DNA of 64,000 nucleotides from assembly GCA_965248195.1 (NCBI GenBank), contig CBDFIQ010000002.1:2752001-2816000 (forward strand), written 5' to 3'. The position numbers were made by a program, and so were the translations under genes. Below are positions 9,119-18,700 of this stretch, in pieces. The stretch is from Longimicrobiales bacterium. Lineage in GTDB: Bacteria; Gemmatimonadota; Gemmatimonadetes; Longimicrobiales; Gaopeijiaceae. Every line of letters begins with the position of its first letter. Within the stretch, counting starts at the first letter, position 1. Under the pieces are notes generated by a model. That model saw only the letters and a list, made by a program, of their open reading frames with translations, ran no database searches and was not told where the DNA came from.

Positions 9119-9619
9119 ATGGCCAAGAAGAGTTCGTTCGATGTCTCCACCGGCGTCGATCTCCAGGAAGTCGACAACGCAGTGAATCAGGCGCGAAAAG
9201 AAATCGCCACCCGTTACGACTTCAAAGGAACGGACTGCACGGTGGAGTTCGACCGGGGCGGCGGAGCGATCAGGTTGGAGGCGGATGACGAATATCGCCT
9301 TACGGCCGTGCTTCAGGTTGTGCGTGAGAAGCTCACGCGGCGGAGCGTACCGGTGAAGAATCTGGATCAAGGCGGCGTCGAGATCGGCAGCCTTGGGCGA
9401 GCCCGTCAGACCGTGGGCCTCAAGCAAGGAATCGACCAGGAGACCGCGAAAAAGATGGTGAAAGTAGTCAAGAACCACGGATTCAAAAAAGTCCAGGTCC
9501 AGATCCAAGGCGAGGAATTGAGGGTCACGAGCCCCTCCAAGGACGAGCTGCAGCAGGTCATGGAGCTCCTGAAAGGGGAGGACTGGGGGATAGAGCTCCA
9601 GTTCGGCAACTATCGGTAG
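9119..9619 (+). CDS. yajQ: YajQ family nucleotide/c-di-GMP-binding protein
   Basis: SFDV...QEVDNAVNQ...RYDFKG...LKQGI...IQGEELRVT...QFGNYR. Confidence 0.95.
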   Translation: MAKKSSFDVSTGVDLQEVDNAVNQARKEIATRYDFKGTDCTVEFDRGGGAIRLEADDEYRLTAVLQVVREKLTRRSVPVKNLDQGGVEIGSLGRARQTVGLKQGIDQETAKKMVKVVKNHGFKKVQVQIQGEELRVTSPSKDELQQVMELLKGEDWGIELQFGNYR

Positions 9620-9739
9620 GTGGCTCCCTAGCCCCGATCCGATTAACCTGCGTACCGGTCCGCTGAGGCACCCCGCGGTCAAAGATGCTCCCCTCAGACG
9701 ACCGCGCCGTTGAAAAACCCGTCCTTGGGAGGAATCAGA

Positions 9740-10243
9740 ATGCCTAGAGGTCAGCGTCGTTGGTCAGTTCTCGTGAGCGGTTTTCTCGTAGTCGTTTTCT
9801 TCGCTGCGCCGGCTGCCGCGCAGCAAAGAGGCGCCCCAGCCGCCCCCCCGGGCCCAACCGCCGCCCAGGCGATGGCGGCCCTCGCCGCCGCCCAGGAGGA
9901 GGCGGAGGCGTTAGGCGTCAGCCTCAGCTGCGCGGTCGTCGATTCCCGTGGAGACATGATCGCGCTGGCCCGCATGGACGGGGCGCGGTTCTATACCACC
10001 GACGTCGCGCGCGGCAAGGCACGAATGTCGGCACTGTTCGGCCAACCGAGCGGGAATATGGCGGATTTCGGCAACTCTCTCGCCTTCCAGAGCTTCAACG
10101 AGACGATCTCGGGTCCGCTTTACGCATTCCAGGGCGCCCTGCCGATCATGCGGGATGGCGAATTGATCGGCGCCATGGGCTGCAGCGGCGCGGCATCACA
10201 GGTGGACGAAGACGCGGTGCGCTCCGCGCTTTCGGTCTTCTAG
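9740..10243 (+). CDS. GlcG/HbpS family heme-binding protein, exported
   Basis: Signal peptide; AVVDSRG...RMDGA...GALPI...IGAMGCSGA. Confidence 0.85.
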   Translation: MPRGQRRWSVLVSGFLVVVFFAAPAAAQQRGAPAAPPGPTAAQAMAALAAAQEEAEALGVSLSCAVVDSRGDMIALARMDGARFYTTDVARGKARMSALFGQPSGNMADFGNSLAFQSFNETISGPLYAFQGALPIMRDGELIGAMGCSGAASQVDEDAVRSALSVF

Positions 10244-10296
10244 ACCGGCCGCCCGATGTCCAGACCCGACCTCCGACTCTTCCTGGAGAGAGTTCG

Positions 10297-10797
10297 ATGA
10301 ACCAGACCAAGAATTTCTCGCGGGCACTGCTCGCGATCATGCTCGTCGCTGGGGGCGCCGCCGCGCCGGTGGGACTCGCGGCTCAGGCCGGCCCACAACG
10401 GCTCACATTAAGCGAAGCACAAGCCATCATCGCGGCGGCGGAAAGAGATGCCGCGAGAAAAAACCTTCGACTCAGCATCGCAGTGGTCGACGGTCGGGGC
10501 GACCTGATCGCCGCCACCCGGATGCCGAATGCGCGCGCCACGACCATCGACACGGCGATCGGCAAAGCCATGGGCGCCGCGATCTTCGGGCGGCCCAGCG
10601 CCGACCTCGCTGCGAACTCGAGCTCTCCCCTGTATCAGAATATGAACGAAGCGACGGGCGGCCGGCTGCGGTTCTTCCAGGGTGCGGTCCCGATCGTAAG
10701 AAACGGCTATACGGTGGGAGCGGTGGGCGCGAGTGGAGCGTCGGCCCAAGATGACGAAGACAATGTGAAGGCGGCGCTAGCGGCGGTGGGGCTCTAG
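10297..10797 (+). CDS. GlcG/HbpS family heme-binding protein, tandem paralog
   Basis: Signal peptide; IAVVDGRG...GAVPIV...VGAVGASGA..DDE. Confidence 0.85.
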   Translation: MNQTKNFSRALLAIMLVAGGAAAPVGLAAQAGPQRLTLSEAQAIIAAAERDAARKNLRLSIAVVDGRGDLIAATRMPNARATTIDTAIGKAMGAAIFGRPSADLAANSSSPLYQNMNEATGGRLRFFQGAVPIVRNGYTVGAVGASGASAQDDEDNVKAALAAVGL

Positions 10798-10811
10798 GGG
10801 AATCATTCCGT

Positions 10812-11942
10812 ATGAAAACGAACCTTCGATTGCGATGGGCGAAACGCTTCGAGGGCGTCCTCCCTGGCGCCTGCCCGCGGGTGCTGATCGGCACCGCCTT
10901 CCTCGCTGTAGTCAGCGCCGCCCTGGTTGTCATGAGTGTCCCGTTGCCCTCCCAGGCACAGGAATTGGCGTGGGGGCTCACCGCTATTCCCGGTATCAAG
11001 GTCGGTCACTTTACTCTGAGCGAGCGGCTGACCGGTTGCACGGTGGTGCTGGCCGAGAGTGGTGCCGTGGGCGGCGTAGACGTCCGGGGTGGCGCGCCGG
11101 GCACGAGAGAGACCGCGCTGCTCGATCCGGTGAATACCGTGCAGGAGGTGCACGCGGTCGTGCTTTCCGGCGGGAGCGCGTTTGGATTGGACGCGGCGAG
11201 CGGGGTCGTCCGGTATCTGGACGAACGGGACATCGGCTACCGGGTCGGGCCAAACGTCGTTCCGATCGTGGTGGGTGCGATCCTCTATGACCTGTCCGTC
11301 GGCGATAATCCACGCATTCGGCCCGACGCGGACTGTGGTTATCGCGCCGCCAGCCACGCCAGCACCGAGACATCCGCCGAGGGGAATGTCGGCGCCGGCG
11401 CCGGCGCCACCGTCGGAAAGTGGGGTGGGATGGCCCGCGCCATGAAGGGGGGGCTGGGAACGGCCTCGATCACCCTCGACGACGGACTCACGGTGGCGGC
11501 CATCGTCGCGGTCAACGCGGTGGGGGACATCATCGATCCGGCGACCGGGTCGGTCATCGCGGGTGTTCGTACGGCCGACGGACAGGGGCTCGCCGATGCA
11601 CGTATGCTGCTTCGGTCCGGAGCGTCGAACGAACCCCAAAGCGGCGCCAACACAACCATCGGAGTCGTCGCGACCAACGCGACACTCACCAAGGCCGAGG
11701 CCACGAAGGTCGCGCAGATGGCCCAAGATGGTCTGGCGCGTACGATCTACCCCGCCCACACGCCTGGAGATGGAGACACGGTCTTCTCCTTGGCCATGGG
11801 CACGTTCTCCGAGGCCGCCTCATTATCGACGATCGGAGCCTTGGCGGCTGACGTGATGGCGGAAGCGATCCTGCGCGCCGTACGGGCGGCTACAGGGATT
11901 CCTGGAATTCCCGCGGCCAGCGACTTGAATACGGGCAGGTGA
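10812..11942 (+). CDS. Peptidase S58/DmpA (P1) family
   Basis: DVRGGAPGTRET, LSGGSAFGL, GNVGAGAGA, NTTIGVVATNA, HTPGDGD. Confidence 0.92.
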   Translation: MKTNLRLRWAKRFEGVLPGACPRVLIGTAFLAVVSAALVVMSVPLPSQAQELAWGLTAIPGIKVGHFTLSERLTGCTVVLAESGAVGGVDVRGGAPGTRETALLDPVNTVQEVHAVVLSGGSAFGLDAASGVVRYLDERDIGYRVGPNVVPIVVGAILYDLSVGDNPRIRPDADCGYRAASHASTETSAEGNVGAGAGATVGKWGGMARAMKGGLGTASITLDDGLTVAAIVAVNAVGDIIDPATGSVIAGVRTADGQGLADARMLLRSGASNEPQSGANTTIGVVATNATLTKAEATKVAQMAQDGLARTIYPAHTPGDGDTVFSLAMGTFSEAASLSTIGALAADVMAEAILRAVRAATGIPGIPAASDLNTGR

Positions 11943-11979
11943 CTGACCCCCTCCCCCTCCCCCTCCGACACCGCAACCG

Positions 11980-13389
11980 TTGAACCTCACACTCGTTCTG
12001 CTCCTGGCCTACGCGGCCGGGCTCATCGGACTCGGCGTATGGATCGGCCGCCGCGTCGAGAGCAGCGGGGGCTTCTTCGTGGCCAACCGCCGCCTCAGCG
12101 CGGCACTCCTGTTTTCGACCGTGCTGGCCGCGAACATCGGGGTCAGCAGCACGGTCGGGGCCGCCAGCCTCGGGTATCGAGATGGGCTATCGGCCTGGTG
12201 GTGGGTGGGGTCGGCGGCGGTCGGTACCGCGATCCTGGCGTTCTGGATCGGCCCCAGAATCTGGCGAGTCGCGACGAGGAACGGGCTTTATACTGTGGGG
12301 GATTATCTCGAGCACCGATACGGCAGGTCGGTACGCGCCATAGTCACCAGCCTCCTCTGGATCGCGACGCCGACGGCATTGGCCGCACAGCTCATCGCCC
12401 TTGCCAAGATCCTGGAGTTCGTCGCGGGTGTCCCCGAATGGGCGGGTGTCCTCACGGGCGCCGTCGTTATGACGGTCTACTTCACCGCCGGAGGGCTCCT
12501 CACGTCCGCGTGGGTGAACATGGTGCAGCTCGTGGTGCTCACCGTGGGATTCGCGATCGCGGTACCGTGGGCACTGATCAGCGCCGGCGGCTGGAGCGCC
12601 GTGGTCGCTGCCGCTCCCGAGACGTGCGATTACATGAGTTTTTGGCAGGGAGGCAGTTCCGGCTGGATCTACTTGGCGCTCGTGGCTCCCAACTTCATCG
12701 TTTCCCCGGGGATCATCCAAAAGGCCTATGGAGCGGTGGACGAGCGAGCGATCCGCATCGGTCTGGGAGCCACGGCCGTGGCGCTTCTCGCGTTCGCGAT
12801 CGCGCCGCCCCTGTTCGGCATGATCGCCAGGGTCTACGACCCGAACCTGATCGACATTGAACACGCCTTGATGCTGGTGTTGACGACAGGACTCCCGACC
12901 ATGGTGGGGAGCCTCGGGCTGGCGGCGGTGGTATCGGCGGAAATCAGCTCGGCCGATGCGATCCTGTTCATGCTTTCCACGTCGCTTTCGAAGGACCTGT
13001 ACAAGCGTTTCCTACGCCCGGACGCGAGTGACGCCCAAGTGCTGAAGGTGGCGCGCGCGGCCGCCGTAGGGGGCGGCGTGCTAGGGGTGCTCCTGGCTCT
13101 TGTTTTACCCTCGGTCATCGGGGCCATAAGCATCTTCTACGCCCTGATGGCGGTCTGCCTCTTCGTGCCTCTGGTCGCAGGTCTATACACCCGCCTAGCG
13201 GGCGTTCCCGAGGCCCTGGCCGCGAGCGGCGTGGGGGTGGTCACACTGATCACGATCGAGCTCGCCGGCCTCTCCGACGTATCCCCATTGCTGGACCGCA
13301 GCCTGCTCGGAGTCCTGGCGTCGGCCGCGGCGTTCATTGTCGTGAGGGCATGGCGGTCTTCCAAGGCCCGTCAAGCGGCGCGGAACTGA
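11980..13389 (+). CDS. Sodium:solute symporter family protein
   Basis: Multi-TM protein; FFVANR, DYLEHRYG, YFTAGG, AEISSAD. Confidence 0.9.
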   Translation: MNLTLVLLLAYAAGLIGLGVWIGRRVESSGGFFVANRRLSAALLFSTVLAANIGVSSTVGAASLGYRDGLSAWWWVGSAAVGTAILAFWIGPRIWRVATRNGLYTVGDYLEHRYGRSVRAIVTSLLWIATPTALAAQLIALAKILEFVAGVPEWAGVLTGAVVMTVYFTAGGLLTSAWVNMVQLVVLTVGFAIAVPWALISAGGWSAVVAAAPETCDYMSFWQGGSSGWIYLALVAPNFIVSPGIIQKAYGAVDERAIRIGLGATAVALLAFAIAPPLFGMIARVYDPNLIDIEHALMLVLTTGLPTMVGSLGLAAVVSAEISSADAILFMLSTSLSKDLYKRFLRPDASDAQVLKVARAAAVGGGVLGVLLALVLPSVIGAISIFYALMAVCLFVPLVAGLYTRLAGVPEALAASGVGVVTLITIELAGLSDVSPLLDRSLLGVLASAAAFIVVRAWRSSKARQAARN

Positions 13390-13396
13390 GGTCGGC

Positions 13397-14245
13397 TCAG
13401 GCCTCGATTCGTTCCGCCCCTGCGTAGACGTTGAAGCCGTCCGACCGAGTGAAGCCGAGAAGGCTGATGTTGAAGCGCTTCGCCAGATCCACCGCGAGGC
13501 TGGAGGGTGCCCCCACGGCGACGACCAAGGGGATGCCCGCCGCCAAAGCCTTCTGCATGATCTCGAAGGAGGTCCGTCCAGAGACCGCCAAAATGGTCCG
13601 TCCCAAGGGGAGCTCCCCCGCCAGAAAAGCCTCCCCTACAACCTTGTCGACGGCATTGTGCCGTCCGACGTCCTCGCGAACGGAGACGAGCTCGCCTGAT
13701 TCGTCGAAGCGGCCCGCGGCGTGGATGCCGCCCGTGCGGTCGAAGAGCCCCTGCTGGGCTCGGAGCTTCTCCGGCAGCCCACTCAGAATCTCCGGGTCCA
13801 GACTCATGCCCTCGTCCGGGAGCCGCTCGCACCCGCGGATCTCCACCGCCTCCAACGACGCCTTCCCGCATACCCCACAGCTCGAGCTCATGTAGAAGTT
13901 TCTCGAAAGTGCGTCGGGATCGAAAGAAACTCCTGGCCTCAGCTTCACGAGTACGATGTTGTAGGCCTGGGGCTCGTCGCTCTGGCAGTAGCTGATCTCA
14001 GCGAGGTCGTCCCTGCGAAGCAGGAGTCCCTCGCCGTACAAGAAACCAGCCGCCAACTCGAAGTCGTTCCCCGGCGTGCGCATCGTAACCGACACCGCGC
14101 AAGTCTCGCGGACGCCGTTTCGCGTGAATTCCACCCGGATCTCGAGCGGCTCCTCCACCGTCACGACGTCCTTACGCACGACGAGGCGGCCGTTGGCCAA
14201 GCGAGAGACCTGGACCCGCGACAAACCCTTCCCCGGCGAGATCAC
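13397..14245 (-). CDS. fdhD: Formate dehydrogenase accessory sulfurtransferase
   Basis: EEPLEI, MRTPG, SSCGVCG, TGGIHAA, EDVGRHNAVDK. Confidence 0.95.
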   Translation of the reverse strand: MISPGKGLSRVQVSRLANGRLVVRKDVVTVEEPLEIRVEFTRNGVRETCAVSVTMRTPGNDFELAAGFLYGEGLLLRRDDLAEISYCQSDEPQAYNIVLVKLRPGVSFDPDALSRNFYMSSSCGVCGKASLEAVEIRGCERLPDEGMSLDPEILSGLPEKLRAQQGLFDRTGGIHAAGRFDESGELVSVREDVGRHNAVDKVVGEAFLAGELPLGRTILAVSGRTSFEIMQKALAAGIPLVVAVGAPSSLAVDLAKRFNISLLGFTRSDGFNVYAGAERIEA

Positions 14246-15099
14246 GATCCCGATTCCCCGGACTCTCCGGACTCTCCGGACTCCCCGGACGCCAAGGGAA
14301 CGAAGGCCACGATCCGAAGCGGACCACCGCTCCCGCCGGCGACCTTCATGGGCAACGCAACCACGAAGGCACCCTCCTCCGGAAGCTCATGGAGGTTGGC
14401 AACGTTCTCGAACCCAGGAATGTTGGCGCCATAGATGATCACGTGGGCCTCGAACCCTGAAGACTGGCCATAGTCGATGCTGGGGGTGTCGATGCCCACC
14501 GCAGCGACGTTGCGTTGATCGGCGAGCCAGCGGGCCGCATCCGGGTGAATGCCGGGAAAGTGGAGCTCTGCGACGGCCTCCGGGCCGGTGCGCTCCGTTC
14601 CCAAGTAGCTGAGTCGATTGGGCCAGCGTTCTCCCCACCCGGTCCGCAGAAGCAGAATCGCGCCATCCGGGATGCGACCATGGACACCCTCCCACGCCTC
14701 GAGATCCGCCACGTCGATCCGATAGTCGGGGGTGGCGCGGGCCGATACGTCCACGACCACGGCCGGGGCGATCAGACGATCGAGTGGGATCTGCGCGGTG
14801 GTCATGCCGCCCCGAAAGAAGTGAATCGGCGCGTCGAGATGAGTGCCACCATGCTCCGCCGTCGAGATCTTGTACGAACTGTAGAAATAACCCGCCTCGG
14901 TCTCGCCGTACGCGAGCTCCTCCAGCCGGAAGCCGTCTTCGGTCGGCCAGTAGATGGTCTCTTCAGAGAAGGCATAACTAAGGTCGATCCAGCGTCCTCC
15001 CGACCCGTCGAATACCGCCGAATAATCAGGCCGACCGGAGGGGGCCTGGCAACTGACGAGCATTATAAGGCTCCCTACCGAGACGAGCGATACACGCAT
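14242..15099 (-). CDS. Cyclase family (kynurenine formamidase-like) lipoprotein
   Basis: EHGGTHLDAPIH metal motif, GIDTPSID; lipobox LVSC; C-terminal GES repeats. Confidence 0.9.
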   Translation of the reverse strand: MRVSLVSVGSLIMLVSCQAPSGRPDYSAVFDGSGGRWIDLSYAFSEETIYWPTEDGFRLEELAYGETEAGYFYSSYKISTAEHGGTHLDAPIHFFRGGMTTAQIPLDRLIAPAVVVDVSARATPDYRIDVADLEAWEGVHGRIPDGAILLLRTGWGERWPNRLSYLGTERTGPEAVAELHFPGIHPDAARWLADQRNVAAVGIDTPSIDYGQSSGFEAHVIIYGANIPGFENVANLHELPEEGAFVVALPMKVAGGSGGPLRIVAFVPLASGESGESGESGESGS

Positions 15100-15264
15100 G
15101 ACTCCCTCCTTGGCAACGGACCACTAGACTTCGCCGTCTCGGGCGGCGCCGCAATCCCCCCCCCGGACTGGCGCGTGCGCCGCCAGACCGTCCTATTGTC
15201 AGGATCCCAACACTGGACCTGGTCTCGCGGCACGCGCGAGCGTGTCAACTCGAGGGGGAAAACG

Positions 15265-16257
15265 ATGAACGTGAGGTCGATGACGTCGGCCGTGATGTTT
15301 GCGGCGGCGATGACGCTCTGCTTGGGCGGAGCGACGGTGACGGTCCAGGCCCAGAACGTGACGCGGGCTCCACACAATCTGGCTGAGTTTGACGCGATGT
15401 TCCAGGAGCTCTCGAATTGGGGCCGCTGGGGCGCAGACGACGAGCGCGGGACAATGAACCTGATTACCCCGGCCAAGACCCGTCAGGCAGCCGCGCTGGT
15501 CCGAAGCGGGATCACTGTATCCCTCGCGCACAATCCGATGCCACAAGAGGCTCCTGACAACCCGGCTACCGCGTTCGAACACATCATGGGCCGGAGTCTC
15601 CGGAGTGACACCTACCGCTTCACGTATCACGGCTACGGGGTCAGTCACATCGACGCGCTCTGCCACTTCGCCCACAATGGCCGACTCTACAACGACGTCC
15701 CCATGTCGGCGACGACGTCCGAGGGGTGCGGCAAGAACGGTATCCACAACCTCAAGAGTGGCATCGTCACCCGCGGTATCCTCCTCGACTTCCCGCGCCT
15801 CAAGGGCGTGCCCTACCTCGAGCCGACAACCCCGATCTACATCGAGGATATCGAAGCCTGGGAGCGGCAGGCCGGCGTCACCGTCTCGCCCGGCGACGTC
15901 ATCTTCATCCGCACCGGCCGTTGGGCGCGGCGCGAAGCTCTCGGACCCTGGGAGGTGTCGGGAAACAGCGCCGGCTTGCACGCGTCTGTCCTCCCCTGGA
16001 TCAAGGAACGCGACGTCGCGTTCGTGGGGAGCGATGCGGCAACGGATGTGATGCCTTCGCTGGTCGAGGGTATCACGCAGCCGCTCCATACCTTTCTGAT
16101 CGCAGGCCTGGGCTCGAACATCTTCGACAACATGGACCTCGAAGCGCTCGCCGAGACGGCGGCCCGTCTGAACCGCTGGGAGTTCATGCTGAGCGCAGGT
16201 CCGATTCCGGTAACGGGTGGAACGGGCTCCCCGCTCAACCCCATCGCGGTGTTCTGA
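15265..16257 (+). CDS. Cyclase family protein, exported
   Basis: SNWGRWG..DERGTMN, SHIDALCH, GSPLNPIA. Confidence 0.88.
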   Translation: MNVRSMTSAVMFAAAMTLCLGGATVTVQAQNVTRAPHNLAEFDAMFQELSNWGRWGADDERGTMNLITPAKTRQAAALVRSGITVSLAHNPMPQEAPDNPATAFEHIMGRSLRSDTYRFTYHGYGVSHIDALCHFAHNGRLYNDVPMSATTSEGCGKNGIHNLKSGIVTRGILLDFPRLKGVPYLEPTTPIYIEDIEAWERQAGVTVSPGDVIFIRTGRWARREALGPWEVSGNSAGLHASVLPWIKERDVAFVGSDAATDVMPSLVEGITQPLHTFLIAGLGSNIFDNMDLEALAETAARLNRWEFMLSAGPIPVTGGTGSPLNPIAVF

Positions 16258-16416
16258 ACGACGGAGGCGTCATCATGTTGAACTTGAGTAGTACCCGATT
16301 CCTGCTGTCGGCTCGGGCGAGCTGACGGGTAGCACCTGCCCGATCTGAGCCGCGTCGGCCCAGAGCTCGGACGAAGCGGAAGTCGACTGTCTTCCTGTTG
16401 TCACGGACAGGGGGGG

Positions 16417-17260
16417 ATGAGGATGAGGATACGATCCATTCGACAAGGGATGCTCGTGGTCGCCGCGGCCCTCGGATCGGGCTGCGGAAGTCCGGTGGCG
16501 GTGTCGGAATTCTCCGAGGTGCCCGCCGACGGTGCGGTGCTTGCCGCCACAATCGACTTCCCGAGTGGTGAGGGGCCCTTTCCCGCGATCGTGTTATCGC
16601 ATGGTTCCGGGCGGACGAACCGACAAGATCAGGAGGGAACCGCGAATCAGTACGTGAGCGAGGGATTCGCCGTCGTCCGCTACGACAAGCGAGGCATTGG
16701 AGAGTCCACGGGGCAGTACGTGGCCCCGGGCGCTGCCAACAGCGAGACGATCTTCCCGATCCTGGCGTCAGACCTTGCGGCGATCGTTGATTTTTTCCGC
16801 TTGGATTCGCGCATCGACTCCAGCAAGATCGGCGTCCTCGGCGCCAGCCAGGCCGGTTGGATCATGCCCCTGGCTGCCTCCCTGTCCGACCATATCAGGT
16901 TCATGGTCTCGGTGTCGGGCGCCACGAGCTCTGTGGGCGTGTCCGACTACTTCGACGGCATCGCCGAGGGACGGACCCATGCCGAGCTCGCGGACTCTCT
17001 GGCAGCGTACGACGGAATCGAGGGGTTCGATCCCGAGCCCTACCTGCGCGCGCCCCGCACTCTGGGTCTACGGCGGAGAGGACCGAAGCAACCCGACCGC
17101 GAACGATGTCGGCATCTTGGAGCGCATCCGAGCGGAGACGGGAAACGACTTCACGATCCACGTCTTCGAGCGTGCGACTCACGGCATGCGCGACTTCGAA
17201 ACGGGCGACCAGATACCATCCGTGCCGGAATGTATCCTGCCGTGGCTGCAGGAGCTTTGA
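16417..17260 (+). pseudogene. Alpha/beta hydrolase lipoprotein, frameshifted near 17050
   Basis: HGSG, YDKRG and GASQAG in one frame; PALWVYGGEDR...ATHGM (Asp/His of the triad) in the next frame. Confidence 0.8.
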
Positions 17261-17324
17261 AGGCGATCGAGGAACCGAACGGCGGCGCGGTCGGCCGCGC
17301 TGGCCGAACTGGCGGCCTAGAGCC

Positions 17325-17810
17325 TTATTTTTCGGACGTTGAAGGAACGAACGCAACCATCCGCAACGGCACCTCATCGGCCTCGAAACGCACGAGTTGG
17401 ATCGGGCTACCGTCCGGCCGACTGAGCTCTGCGCAGCAGAGGCCGAACGTCCCTGGTGCTCGCGAGGGGTTGCCAACGACCCTGATCGGGTCACCCGCCT
17501 TGATCGTTTCACGGTTCCAGCCACGGCGGGACATGCTCACGGCCGCGCCCAACTCGACTTCCCATTCCACCATCTGACCGTCGTCGCTCTCCCCCTCGAT
17601 GTACAGGAACGAGTGCGGATTCCGGAAGTTGAATCTCAGGACGGTGCCAACGACCTCCACTTCCTGCGCGTCATCGTAGAACGGCGCGCTGCTATGGTGC
17701 GCTTCCGCCGGGAAACCCGTGACTACGAGGCTCAGGACGACAACGGCGGCGATTGACGATGTCCAGAAAAGTAGCTTCACCGGTCTGCCTCCTTGAGTTA
17801 GACCACTCAT
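17325..17810 (-). CDS. DUF6152-like exported protein
   Basis: AHHS...YD, FRNPHS, WEVE motifs. Confidence 0.75.
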   Translation of the reverse strand: MSGLTQGGRPVKLLFWTSSIAAVVVLSLVVTGFPAEAHHSSAPFYDDAQEVEVVGTVLRFNFRNPHSFLYIEGESDDGQMVEWEVELGAAVSMSRRGWNRETIKAGDPIRVVGNPSRAPGTFGLCCAELSRPDGSPIQLVRFEADEVPLRMVAFVPSTSEK

Positions 17811-18565
17811 TATCGGTACTTCGGAATCATGTACTTCACGGCACGACGCGCATCTTCCGCATCACATTCGTACGGATTGAGCTTGTAGCCCTCGGGGGCC
17901 GGGAGCCAGCGTGTCGTGTATGACGCAGGTTCCCTTAGGAACAACGGGTCCTCGACAGTCAGGGTCATGCGCAACTCTTCCCCCTCGCGCCAGTACCGCT
18001 CGGTCACCGTCTTGAGCTGGGACGACGGGATCCCGTTGTAGTCGTCGAATCCGGTGATATCGAAGACGAACTGCGTCGTTTCGACGATGAGCGCGTCACC
18101 CTCGTAGTGACCGACCGAGAAACCCTGCACCGTGTATTCGTTCAGGGGCGGCTCGCGCCCGTCCAGCCACACGCTACGGAGCACATCGTCCTTTTCATAC
18201 CGGAAAATCACCCGATCCGGCCACTGCACGACCTCCATGAAATAAGGGTCGTACTGGAGCGCCGGCGGCGCCGATGGAACGCAGTCGTACTTCGGTGCAA
18301 TCGCCTCATCGAAGACCTCCTGGAAGGCGAGCGCACGCTCGTTGAGAACGGGGAAATTGTCCGGCGTCCAGGGCATATTCGGTCCGTTGATCGGACGCAC
18401 ACGCCCGCCGCCGTTCCAGACCCCCACCAGGTCGGGAACCTCGACCAGGGCCGTTTGGGCGGTGACCTCCACCGAAGCCCCGCCAATCGCGGCCGCAACC
18501 AGGGCAGCCGCTGCGGCCAGGCATGCAAGTGGTCGAGAAAGCACTGCGGTGCCCGTCTCCCTCAT
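17810..18565 (-). CDS. Conserved exported hypothetical protein (PDLxGxW...YEC family)
   Basis: Signal peptide, PDLVGVW, SVGHYEGDALIVET, YEC; RBS AAGGAG upstream of 18565. Confidence 0.75.
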   Translation of the reverse strand: MRETGTAVLSRPLACLAAAAALVAAAIGGASVEVTAQTALVEVPDLVGVWNGGGRVRPINGPNMPWTPDNFPVLNERALAFQEVFDEAIAPKYDCVPSAPPALQYDPYFMEVVQWPDRVIFRYEKDDVLRSVWLDGREPPLNEYTVQGFSVGHYEGDALIVETTQFVFDITGFDDYNGIPSSQLKTVTERYWREGEELRMTLTVEDPLFLREPASYTTRWLPAPEGYKLNPYECDAEDARRAVKYMIPKYR

Positions 18566-18578
18566 CCTTGCTCTCCTT

Positions 18579-18610
18579 GATTCCTGTAATCCGCGATTCC
18601 TGTAATCCGC
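18579..18610. repeat. 16-bp perfect tandem repeat GATTCCTGTAATCCGC x2
   Basis: Directly visible, just upstream of the RBS of the 18565 gene. Confidence 0.9.
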
Positions 18611-18700
18611 GAATACTTGCGATACCGTCACACCTTTTTTCGATACCCATCACGCCGAGCCGAAGCTACACCCACTGCTGGCTAAGGGATAGATGGATCG

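Noticed and set aside
14515..15264. Long N-terminal extension of the 580-aa cyclase ORF
   Set aside because: Overlaps the opposite-strand cyclase; RBS and signal peptide support a start at 15265
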